Source: Oscillospiraceae bacterium (GTDB lineage Bacteria; Bacillota; Clostridia; Oscillospirales; Ruminococcaceae). From it: a stretch of 64,000 bases of DNA. Under the pieces are notes generated by a model that saw nothing but the letters and a program-made list of their open reading frames with translations, searched no databases and was not told the DNA's origin. Position 1 is the first letter of the stretch, and each line of letters begins with the position of its first letter. Positions 19,014-27,460 of the stretch are shown piece after piece. The position numbers and the translations under genes were made by a program. The stretch spans positions 90 to 64,089 of the forward strand of contig JAFYSU010000034.1 of assembly GCA_017559185.1 (NCBI GenBank). The letters run 5' to 3'.

Positions 19014-20090
19014 TTATTGTCGTTTTTGTACAGTATCATCCAGCAAATATTTTATCATTAAAGCTGTTGGCGGAGCTGCTATCACACCAATCAAACCAAA
19101 AAGCTTCATTCCCGCATACATCGCAGTTATTGTAAGCACCGGATGAAGCCCCATTTGTTTTCCTACTATTTTAGGCTCCGCCATGTTGCGCACCACAACT
19201 ACCAACACATAAAGTATAAGCAGCCCTATTCCCTGTGCCGTGCTTCCCAAAACAACCTCATATAATCCCCACGGCACAAGAACTCCCCCTGCGCCTACAA
19301 TTGGCAATATATCAAGCAGAGAAATAATCAACGCCATCAAAAAAGCGTGCTCTGCCCCAAGCAAGCTCAACCCCAACCATAATTGTGCCAATGTTAAACT
19401 TAATATAATACCGTATGCCTTAATCAGTCTTCCAAAAGTTTTAAGCAAAAAGTCTTTAGCTTTAAACACCGTCTTTCTCCACTCAAACGGCATAAGCTCA
19501 AGAATATACGAAACTATGTTGTTGTAGTCCATACTTATAAAAACTGAGCATATAACCGAAAACAAAAAGGTTACCATTATCATTGGCAGTTTGCGTGCGA
19601 ACTCGGTTATTTTTAATATTGCGTTTGCCGAAAGATCGCTTAATATATCGGATGTCTGCCCCGACAACCACCTTAGCAGCTCCGATGCTGAAAACGCTGC
19701 CTGAGGTGAAACGGACTCCAGCTTTGCGGTAAGCCATAAATTAAGCTTGCTCGATACCGTCATTACATATTTGTCGTAAAATTGCGGCAGTCCGTGCAAA
19801 AATAATCCTATTTCTTTTAAAAGATATGCTCCTGCAAGCCAAACAATATTCCCTACAAGAAGATAAAACATCAAAATAACAATAAAGGAAACCCCTTTGC
19901 GCTTTATGCTTGTGGCTCGTGTAAGCCATACCGCAGCAGGCTTTAAGAAAAAAGCAATCGCAAAACCGATAACAAAAGGAAGCAAGCACGGCAGCACAAC
20001 CTTAAGAACCATCCATATTAAAATAAATACCGCTGCCGCTGCAGCAAAATTCAGCAAAAAATCCGACTTTTGCCTTTTAGTCACTTTCAT
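19014..20090 (-). CDS. AI-2E family transporter (sporulation membrane protein YtvI-like)
   Basis: Polytopic PerM/AI-2E-like protein. Start re-set to ATG 20090 (MKVTKRQ); the upstream 99 codons of the ORF have no SD and are non-membranous. Confidence 0.7.
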   Translation of the reverse strand: MKVTKRQKSDFLLNFAAAAAVFILIWMVLKVVLPCLLPFVIGFAIAFFLKPAAVWLTRATSIKRKGVSFIVILMFYLLVGNIVWLAGAYLLKEIGLFLHGLPQFYDKYVMTVSSKLNLWLTAKLESVSPQAAFSASELLRWLSGQTSDILSDLSANAILKITEFARKLPMIMVTFLFSVICSVFISMDYNNIVSYILELMPFEWRKTVFKAKDFLLKTFGRLIKAYGIILSLTLAQLWLGLSLLGAEHAFLMALIISLLDILPIVGAGGVLVPWGLYEVVLGSTAQGIGLLILYVLVVVVRNMAEPKIVGKQMGLHPVLTITAMYAGMKLFGLIGVIAAPPTALMIKYLLDDTVQKRQ

Positions 20091-20287
20091 TTCACCACCA
20101 ATAATTCTTTTGTTCAAAATAACAATAAAAAAATATTTTTTTGCTATTGTAATACAAAGTTTTTCGTGATATAGTGTACCTATTGCTAACACAATTGTAT
20201 GCGTATCACGGAATTTATTTAATTCAAGTACATTATAATTGTCGGCTGCGCTTACTTTTATTCCAAACAGAGAGGGGTTATTTCCTA

Positions 20288-20719
20288 ATGGAATCACCAA
20301 AATACCTGCTTGTAGACAGCAAGGTTCTTCCGGAAGTATTCTTAAAGGTTCTTGAAGCAAAAACCTTGCTTGCAAAAGGCAAGGCAAAAAATTCCTCGGA
20401 AGCTGCCCGAATGTCGGGTATTTCGCGAAGTGCGTTTTACAAATACAAAGACAGCATTCATGAATACGACCTGCGAATGCGCGGAAGTATGCTTACACTG
20501 TATATTTCTCTTGAAGATGAACCGGGTGTTCTTTCGAATGTAATGAACTGTATTTACAGCATGGGCGGAAATATTATTACAATAAATCAAAACATTCCAA
20601 CCGATGGCGTAGCCCCCGTAACAATATCACTTCGTTTGAATGACGAACAACACGGAAGTGCCCAAATTATAAATTCACTGCAAAAAATAAAAGGTGTTAT
20701 AAAAGCAAAAGAAATCTAA
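20288..20719 (+). CDS. ACT domain-containing protein (UPF0735 / PheB-like), first gene of the threonine operon
   Basis: N-terminal HTH-like segment (SSEAARMSGISRSAFYKYK) plus ACT domain (LTLYISLEDEPGVLSNVMN). Start re-set to ATG 20288. Confidence 0.7.
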   Translation: MESPKYLLVDSKVLPEVFLKVLEAKTLLAKGKAKNSSEAARMSGISRSAFYKYKDSIHEYDLRMRGSMLTLYISLEDEPGVLSNVMNCIYSMGGNIITINQNIPTDGVAPVTISLRLNDEQHGSAQIINSLQKIKGVIKAKEI

Positions 20720-20788
20720 TCCCAGCCGCTGCACTGATTATTAAAACAACAATTACCATTTTATTTATAGACAGAAAGGATAAATTAT

Positions 20789-22024
20789 ATGAAAAAGATT
20801 GCTGTCCTCGGTCACGGAGTTGTAGGCTCCGGTGTTTGTGAATTGTTTTATGAAAAGCGCGAGGAGTTTTCCAAAAAGCTTGGCGAAGAAATCTGCCTTA
20901 AATACATTCTTGTAAGACGCGATTATCCAAATGCCGCTTACCAAGAGCTGTTTACCCGCAATTTCGACGATATACTCAACGATGACGAGGTAGCAGTGGT
21001 TGCCGAAGTTATGGGCGGTATTGAACCTGCTTACTCATATGTAAAAAGCCTGCTTGAAAAAGGCAAAAGCGTTGTTACCTCTAATAAACAGCTTGTTGCC
21101 GAAAAAGGGGCAGAACTTTTGAAACTTGCAAAAGAACATAATGTTAACTTTATGTTCGAAGGCAGTGTTGCCGGCGGTGTGCCTGTAATTCGTCCTATGC
21201 ACCGTTGCTTATCTGCCAACAAAATAGAAAAGGTTTGCGGAATACTTAACGGTACAACAAACTTTATACTTACAAAAATGATTACCGACGGACTTAGCTT
21301 TAAAGAAGCATTGACTCAGGCACAGGAGCTCGGCTATGCTGAACGCGACCCTTCTGCCGATGTTGAAGGTTTGGATGCATGCCGTAAAATTTGCATTCTG
21401 GCATCCCTTGCTTTCGGCAAGCATGTTTATCCCGACCAAGTGGAATGCGAAGGCATAACCGCTATCACTAAAGAGGATGTTGCCTATGCCGAAGCTTGGG
21501 GCGGTGTAATAAAACTCGTAGGCACCGCAGTACCAATGCCAAACGGTAAGATTGATGTTCTTGTTGCACCAAGATTTGTTGCAAAAGACAACCTGCTTGC
21601 CCATGTTAACGATGTATTCAACGCAGTTCAGGTAAGCTGTGATTATGTAGAAGATTTAATGTTCTACGGAAAAGGAGCAGGCAAACAGGTAACCGCAAGT
21701 GCTGTAGGCGGCGATATTCTTGATTGCTTGAGTGCAAAAGGAACAGTGGATTCCCTTACATGGGAAGACAGCTCCGAAAGCGTAGTGTATGACCCATTCA
21801 AATCTGTATTCCGTATGTACTTCCGCTTCAAATACGATGAAAAAGAACAGCTTGACGAAATACGCGAGGTGTTCTCGCCAATAACCGAACTTCACCGCAA
21901 GGACCAGCCTGAAAACGAAATTGCTTTCGTTACAGCCTTTGACAGTGCAAGCGAATTTGCTTCAAAGATTAATGTTATGAATACTCACGGCGTAAAACTT
22001 CTTGGCGGTATACGCTTACTGTAA
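20789..22024 (+). CDS. hom: Homoserine dehydrogenase
   Basis: N-terminal Rossmann motif IAVLGHGVVGSGV, catalytic-domain blocks (GILNGTTNFILT, AQELGYAERDPSADVEG), C-terminal ACT-like domain. Confidence 0.9.
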   Translation: MKKIAVLGHGVVGSGVCELFYEKREEFSKKLGEEICLKYILVRRDYPNAAYQELFTRNFDDILNDDEVAVVAEVMGGIEPAYSYVKSLLEKGKSVVTSNKQLVAEKGAELLKLAKEHNVNFMFEGSVAGGVPVIRPMHRCLSANKIEKVCGILNGTTNFILTKMITDGLSFKEALTQAQELGYAERDPSADVEGLDACRKICILASLAFGKHVYPDQVECEGITAITKEDVAYAEAWGGVIKLVGTAVPMPNGKIDVLVAPRFVAKDNLLAHVNDVFNAVQVSCDYVEDLMFYGKGAGKQVTASAVGGDILDCLSAKGTVDSLTWEDSSESVVYDPFKSVFRMYFRFKYDEKEQLDEIREVFSPITELHRKDQPENEIAFVTAFDSASEFASKINVMNTHGVKLLGGIRLL

Positions 22025-22040
22025 TCAGGAGGGACAGATA

Positions 22041-22934
22041 TTGATAAAAATTAAAATTCCCGCAACCAGCGCGAACATCGGTTCAGGGTTTGACTCTCTT
22101 GGCGTTGCCCTTAATATGTACAACTATGTAAATATGAAAGAGCACGACTTTGTTGAAATACGCTCGTTAGACGGTGTTTCCGTACCTACCGACACAAACA
22201 ACCTTATTTATAAAACAGTAAAATATATGTTTGATTTGTGCGGTAAACCGCTCAACGGCCTTTACATCGAACAAGTAAGCCGTATTCCATTGGCACGAGG
22301 ACTCGGAAGCAGCTCTGCCTGCATTGCAGCAGGTGTAATGGGAGCTAATGCGCTGATGGGCTTTCCGCTTTCCAAAGACGAGCTTATTAATGCCGCTGCA
22401 AAACTGGAAGGCCACCCCGACAACTCCACACCTGCAATTGCCGGCGGCCTTGTTACCGCAGTTATTGACAATGACAAGGTTTACTATGTAAAACAGCCAC
22501 TGCGTGACGACCTTACATTCGCTGCAATCATTCCGGATTTCGAGCTTAAAACATCAAAAGCCCGTTCGGTAATTCCAAAAGAAATATCGCACAAAAACGG
22601 TGTTTTCAACCTTTCTCGTGCGGCACTTATGTCGGTTTCCTTGTACAGCGGAAATTATCAAAATCTTCGTGTGGCATGCGATGACCGCCTGCACCAACCA
22701 TACAGACTTCCACTGATAAAAGGTGCCAACGAAGTATTTAACGGTGTTTACCAGCTTGGTGCTTACGGCGCATACATAAGCGGGGCAGGCTCTACCCTTA
22801 TGGCTATAGTAGATAAAAACAACGCACAGTTTGCGCAGGACTGCCGCGCAATGCTTGACAGTCTGGGGCACAATGGCTGGGCACTTGAGATGCTTTCCAT
22901 TGATAACGAAGGCGCACAGCTTGTTTGTGAATAA
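22041..22934 (+). CDS. thrB: Homoserine kinase
   Basis: GHMP kinase motifs PATSANIGSGFDSLG and GLGSSSA. Start re-set to TTG 22041, 7 nt after AGGAGGG and just after the hom stop. Confidence 0.9.
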   Translation: MIKIKIPATSANIGSGFDSLGVALNMYNYVNMKEHDFVEIRSLDGVSVPTDTNNLIYKTVKYMFDLCGKPLNGLYIEQVSRIPLARGLGSSSACIAAGVMGANALMGFPLSKDELINAAAKLEGHPDNSTPAIAGGLVTAVIDNDKVYYVKQPLRDDLTFAAIIPDFELKTSKARSVIPKEISHKNGVFNLSRAALMSVSLYSGNYQNLRVACDDRLHQPYRLPLIKGANEVFNGVYQLGAYGAYISGAGSTLMAIVDKNNAQFAQDCRAMLDSLGHNGWALEMLSIDNEGAQLVCE

Positions 22935-22958
22935 TTTTTTTGAAAAGAGGGGTTAACC

Positions 22959-24167
22959 ATGGGACTTATCGTCCAAAAATTCGGCGGCAGCTCGGTTGCC
23001 AATGCTGAACGAATCAAAAATGTTGCCCAAATTGTTACCGATACATACGCACAGGGCAATATGGTTGTTGTTGTAGTTTCCGCCCAAGGCGACACTACCG
23101 ACGATTTGATTGAAAAAGCCAAAGAAATCAATCCAAATGCATCACCTCGTGAAATGGATGTTTTGTTATCAACAGGTGAGCAAATTTCAATCTCCTTGCT
23201 GTCAATGGCTATTGAAGCACTGGGATTCCCCGTTAAAAGCCTTACCGGCTGGCAGGCAGGATTTTTGACCAAATCCACACACGGCAGTGCACGCATAAAC
23301 AAAATTAATAAAGAGCGCATTGAAAACGAACTCGGTAAGAAAAACATTGTTGTTGTTGCAGGATTCCAAGGCATAAACCGTTATGACGACATTACCACAC
23401 TGGGCCGTGGCGGCAGCGACACAAGCGCAGTTGCCCTTGCTGCAGCACTCCATGCAGACTGCTGCCAGATTTATACCGATGTTGACGGTGTTTACACCGC
23501 TGACCCACGCTTGGTTAAAAATGCGCGTAAACTTGACGAAGTCTCCTACGACGAAATGCTGGAGCTTGCATCTCTTGGTGCACAGGTTCTTCATAACCGT
23601 TCGGTGGAAATGGCTAAAAAATACAGCGTTAAACTGCATGTGCTGTCCAGCCTGAACAGAGGTGTTCCCGGCACAGAAATCAAGGAGGTTGTTGATATGG
23701 AAAAAATGTTGATAAAAGGTGTCGCTCGCGACAATGATGTTGCTCGTATTTCACTTATTGGTGTTCCTGACCGTCCGGGTGTTGCTTTTAAATTGTTCTC
23801 CCTGTTGGCTGCAAACAAAATAAATGTAGACATTATTCTGCAGTCTGTAGGCCGCAACAATACCAAAGACATCAGCTTCACCACATCCCGCAGCCACATG
23901 AAGCAGACCGTTGAGCTTTTGGAAACACAGCTGGGCTCGCTTAATGCTGAACGCGTAGAATACGGCGACAATATCTCCAAAATCTCCATTGTAGGTGCAG
24001 GCATGCAAACACATTTCGGTGTTGCTTCCAAAATGTTTGAAGCATTGTCCGATGCAGGAATTAACATCCAAATGATTTCTACCAGCGAAATTAAAATTTC
24101 CGTTCTCATCGATATCAACGATTCCGAACGCGCACTCAATGTTATTCACGACGCTTTTATTGTATAA
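22959..24167 (+). CDS. lysC: Aspartate kinase
   Basis: VQKFGGSSV, TLGRGGSDTSA, two C-terminal ACT domains. Confidence 0.9.
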   Translation: MGLIVQKFGGSSVANAERIKNVAQIVTDTYAQGNMVVVVVSAQGDTTDDLIEKAKEINPNASPREMDVLLSTGEQISISLLSMAIEALGFPVKSLTGWQAGFLTKSTHGSARINKINKERIENELGKKNIVVVAGFQGINRYDDITTLGRGGSDTSAVALAAALHADCCQIYTDVDGVYTADPRLVKNARKLDEVSYDEMLELASLGAQVLHNRSVEMAKKYSVKLHVLSSLNRGVPGTEIKEVVDMEKMLIKGVARDNDVARISLIGVPDRPGVAFKLFSLLAANKINVDIILQSVGRNNTKDISFTTSRSHMKQTVELLETQLGSLNAERVEYGDNISKISIVGAGMQTHFGVASKMFEALSDAGINIQMISTSEIKISVLIDINDSERALNVIHDAFIV

Positions 24168-24174
24168 CAAATAT

Positions 24175-24210
24175 AAAAAAGGTGACCGAAAATATCGGTC
24201 ACCTTTTTTA
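24175..24210. terminator. Bidirectional terminator (lysC / NifX-like convergent)
   Basis: Stem ggtgaccga / tcggtcacc, flanked by AAAAAA and TTTTTT. Confidence 0.85.
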
Positions 24211-24216
24211 CTTACA

Positions 24217-24585
24217 TTAGTGATGATGATGTTCACCGCATTCGTGCGCGTGTTCATGGTTGTGGCAAACGGAGCCTGTGGATTTAAGCTCACCTTTAAG
24301 GTATTTTTCCACAGTTTCCTTTACATCGCCCATAGCACCAACGATTACTTCAACATTTCTTTGATTGAAGATATCAACAGCACCGCCGCCCATGCCACCG
24401 GAAATGATAACTTCCACACCCATATCTGCCAGATAGTTAGGCAGGAAGCCCGGTTTGTGACCCGGATTTGGAATACTGGTCATAGATACTATCTGAGCAT
24501 TTTCAGCTTCAACAATAGTAAAGTTTTCGCAGTGACCAAAGTGGCCTGCAACAATAGTTCCCATAGAAGCAACAGCAATTTTCAT
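24217..24585 (-). CDS. NifX/NifB-C-terminal-type (dinitrogenase FeMo-cofactor-binding fold) protein with His-rich tail
   Basis: MKIAVAS...GHFGHCENFTIVE...VIISGGMGGGA, typical of the small NifX-like family. C-terminus is HNHEHAHECGEHHHH. Confidence 0.75.
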   Translation of the reverse strand: MKIAVASMGTIVAGHFGHCENFTIVEAENAQIVSMTSIPNPGHKPGFLPNYLADMGVEVIISGGMGGGAVDIFNQRNVEVIVGAMGDVKETVEKYLKGELKSTGSVCHNHEHAHECGEHHHH

Positions 24586-24658
24586 TTTACATTTCTCCTG
24601 TCAATTTAAATATTATCTGTGAGTTTCGTCAATTATCGGTAATCGGCAGTATCACAGT

Positions 24659-25516
24659 TTACAGCATAGCAATGGTTTTTTTATAAACATCAATCATGGC
24701 TTCACGAGCAGGACATTCAACATCCGCAATGCTCATACCATTGTTTATCGCTTCCGACACCTGTTTGTCATAAGGTATTACTCCTGCAAAAGGTACCGAC
24801 AGCTCGGAACAATATTTTTTTATCTCATCTGTAATTTGCGGGCTGACATCATATTTATTAACGCAAACGGCAGTTTTTGTTCCGAACTTTTCGGCTGTTT
24901 TAAGTATACGCTTCATATCGCTCAACCCCGAAAGCGAAGGTTCTGCAACTATCAGCACCATGTCAACTCCGTTCATGGAAGCAATTACAGGACAGCCAAT
25001 CCCCGGCGAACCGTCGATTATTGCAAGCTCCGCATCGGGTGCTGCACTTGTAAGCGCATTTTTCACGGCCGTAACAAGCAATCCCGAATTTCCTCTGCCC
25101 ATTTTAAGCATTGCGGTCGAAAATGTTACATCCTCCTTGTACAGTACAAGCTCACCTGCAACATCATCCGTCATTACCGCTGCCCCTGTCGGACATACCA
25201 GTGTGCAAACTCCGCAGCCTTCGCAGGCATATTCCGAAACAGTGTATCCACTGTCGGTTTTAATCAGTGCGTTAAATCGGCAATTGTCCACACAAGCGGC
25301 ACAGCCAATGCACTTTTCGGTATCTATTTTTGCTTTTTTAGAACCATAAAAGTCCGATTTAGTCGGCTGTGAGCTCATCTTGGCTACAAGGTGCAGGTTA
25401 GGTGCGTCAACATCACAGTCTGCAACCGCTTTTGCCTGCGAAAATCTGCTGAATGCCGCAGCGGTAGTGGTTTTCCCCGTACCGCCCTTACCGCTTAAAA
25501 TCAAAAGCTTTTTCAT
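24659..25516 (-). CDS. MinD/ParA-type P-loop ATPase with inserted 2x[4Fe-4S] ferredoxin module
   Basis: Deviant Walker A GKGGTGKTT. Cys motifs CIGCAACVDNC and CEGCGVCTLVCP. ATGA overlap with the upstream paralog. Confidence 0.8.
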   Translation of the reverse strand: MKKLLILSGKGGTGKTTTAAAFSRFSQAKAVADCDVDAPNLHLVAKMSSQPTKSDFYGSKKAKIDTEKCIGCAACVDNCRFNALIKTDSGYTVSEYACEGCGVCTLVCPTGAAVMTDDVAGELVLYKEDVTFSTAMLKMGRGNSGLLVTAVKNALTSAAPDAELAIIDGSPGIGCPVIASMNGVDMVLIVAEPSLSGLSDMKRILKTAEKFGTKTAVCVNKYDVSPQITDEIKKYCSELSVPFAGVIPYDKQVSEAINNGMSIADVECPAREAMIDVYKKTIAML

Positions 25517-26352
25517 TCAAGCTCACCACCTATTCTGTTTAAAAGCTGAACAAAAATCTCCCTTGCCTGCTCGTCATGCTCTGCCGCTATTTTTCCGTTT
25601 GCGGCAAGCTCTGCCAGCTTTTCGCTGTATGGAATTTCGGCAAGAATTTCAAGCGAGTTTTCCCTGCAAAAGCTTTCCAACGGTTCGTACGGTACATCCT
25701 TTTTATTAAGTACAACCCCGCAAGGCTTACCAAGCAGTCTTACAAGCTCGTACACCATACGGAAGTTATGAAAGCCAAACGCTGTCGACTCAACAACCAA
25801 CACGCAGTAATCGGCTTCGTTCACACTTTCCATTACAGAACAGCTGCTGCCGGGCGGACAATCTATAACCGTGGTATTGTCGTCAAGCTCCTTGCCTTTT
25901 TCAAGTGCTGCCTTTATTACAGGCACAGCCGATGCTTCACCAACATTCAGCACCCCTGTGACAACCTGTACCCCGCTGCTATGTCCATGCTCAACAATAC
26001 CGACAGGTCGTTTTATCTCGCTCACTGCATTTTCGGGACACACAAGCAAACATCCGCCGCACGAGTGGCAAACATCCTGAAATATCATGGGCTTGTTTTT
26101 TATGTATGCCAGTGCATTAAAATGACAAAAGTCAACACATTTGCGGCAGCCTGTACAGCACTGGGCATCAAACTGCGGCAGTAAGGAATACACTGTTTCT
26201 GTGTTTACTCCCTCGGGTTTAAAAAACACCCTGCCGTTTGGTTCTTCAACATCGCAATCAATGTAAACGCTTTTGCCTGCGGCAGCGGCAAGATTAACCG
26301 CAACAAAGGTTTTGCCTGTACCGCCTTTACCGCTTAATACCGCCGCCCTCAT
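25513..26352 (-). CDS. MinD/ParA-type P-loop ATPase with inserted 2x[4Fe-4S] ferredoxin module (paralog)
   Basis: GKGGTGKTF. CTGCRKCVDFC and CHSCGGCLLVCP. ATGA overlaps on both sides. Confidence 0.8.
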   Translation of the reverse strand: MRAAVLSGKGGTGKTFVAVNLAAAAGKSVYIDCDVEEPNGRVFFKPEGVNTETVYSLLPQFDAQCCTGCRKCVDFCHFNALAYIKNKPMIFQDVCHSCGGCLLVCPENAVSEIKRPVGIVEHGHSSGVQVVTGVLNVGEASAVPVIKAALEKGKELDDNTTVIDCPPGSSCSVMESVNEADYCVLVVESTAFGFHNFRMVYELVRLLGKPCGVVLNKKDVPYEPLESFCRENSLEILAEIPYSEKLAELAANGKIAAEHDEQAREIFVQLLNRIGGELE

Positions 26353-26705
26353 TGGTGACCGTGAAAGCCTGCATGGAACTGTGTAAGCTGTGCAAGCTTA
26401 TTTTCTTCAAATAATTTTATGTTTTCTTCAGCCGAGCAGCCCTCTGCTTTATAAATTTTTATTTCAGCAGCTTTCAAAACCTCGCCTGCATTTTCACCGC
26501 AGCGAACTGTAATAAGAACATCAGCATTTGAGTCCGCAACAAACTGAGCCGCTTTTGGACCTGCACCGCCCTGTGCGCTTGCAGCAGGATTTTCCTTATA
26601 TTCAATTCCTTTGGTGTCACAGTCGTAAATCAAAAACAATGGTGCTCTGCCGAATGAAACACAAACATCTTTTTTATTTTCATCAACGGGTACTGCTATT
26701 TTCAT
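26349..26705 (-). CDS. NifX/NifB-C-terminal-type protein
   Basis: MKIAVPVDENKKDVCVSFGRAPLFLIYD. Start re-set to ATG 26705, 8 nt after AAGGAG. Confidence 0.75.
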   Translation of the reverse strand: MKIAVPVDENKKDVCVSFGRAPLFLIYDCDTKGIEYKENPAASAQGGAGPKAAQFVADSNADVLITVRCGENAGEVLKAAEIKIYKAEGCSAEENIKLFEENKLAQLTQFHAGFHGHQ

Positions 26706-26723
26706 TATATTCACTCCTTAATG

Positions 26724-27065
26724 CTAATTCCTTTTGTGCTTGCTGCATCCTCCGCAGCCGCAAAATTCCTCGCTGCCGTCACACAGCACATAGTCTCCGC
26801 CCTCTATTTTAAGCGGACGCGACTCCACCAGTGCAACTGCTGTTTTTTTCCTTGCCGAGGTGTATATCTGCTGAACTGTGGTGCGTGCTATTCTCATGTA
26901 TTCACCGCATTCCTGTTGGGAAAAACCTTCCTTATCTATCAATCGCAGGGTTTCGTACTCATCAACTGTCATAACAACCGCCTGCTTTTCATGATGATTT
27001 ACAGGGACAAATTCCCTTGCTCCCGGCATTCGGCATACCTTTCGGCATTTTCTTGGTCTTGGCAC
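26724..27065 (-). CDS. DUF134/UPF0251 predicted DNA-binding protein with Cys-rich C-terminal tail
   Basis: Family-typical N-terminus PRPRKCRKVCRMPG is reached from GTG 27065. Sigma-70 region-4-like HTH (SQQECGEYMRIARTTVQQIY). Tail is CDGSEEFCGCGGC. Confidence 0.7.
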   Translation of the reverse strand: MPRPRKCRKVCRMPGAREFVPVNHHEKQAVVMTVDEYETLRLIDKEGFSQQECGEYMRIARTTVQQIYTSARKKTAVALVESRPLKIEGGDYVLCDGSEEFCGCGGCSKHKRN

Positions 27066-27316
27066 TTTCCACCACCCTTTCACTGTGCTGCACACATTAG
27101 TTTTAATTATGGCATATGCCATTTATGATTTTTATTATACTCTGTTACCGACATATGTCAATAATTCCATTTTGTCAGTCTTTACATATTTTATCCCATT
27201 AGCACATAACAGCATCAGCACAACACAATAATTTGTAGAAAATGTCAGTGCGGTGCTGTTAAAATGTCCTCAAAATATACAAATTAGGAAACTTTCGTCG
27301 TTTTTCGCCAAACAAA

Positions 27317-27345
27317 TTGCCTTTATTTCAACTTCAAGTTATAAT
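27317..27345 (+). promoter_or_regulatory. Candidate sigma-A promoter of the PEPCK gene
   Basis: TTGCCT, 17 nt, TATAAT, about 115 nt upstream of ATG 27461. Confidence 0.5.
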
Positions 27346-27460
27346 AAAAATGAATAAGGGGTATTGGTTTTTCTTATATCCCTTTTTTGTGCCGTCCACG
27401 GACGGTTTTATAAATACATACTCACATTGTATTGATAACTAAAAGGAGTTGTACATTTTT

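Noticed and set aside
20091-20287. Lysine riboswitch or T-box upstream of the ACT-hom-thrB-lysC operon
   Set aside because: No L-box or T-box conserved blocks are visible. Only a 7-9 bp inverted repeat is present (CGTGATA..TATCACG, 20165..20210), and its significance is unknown.
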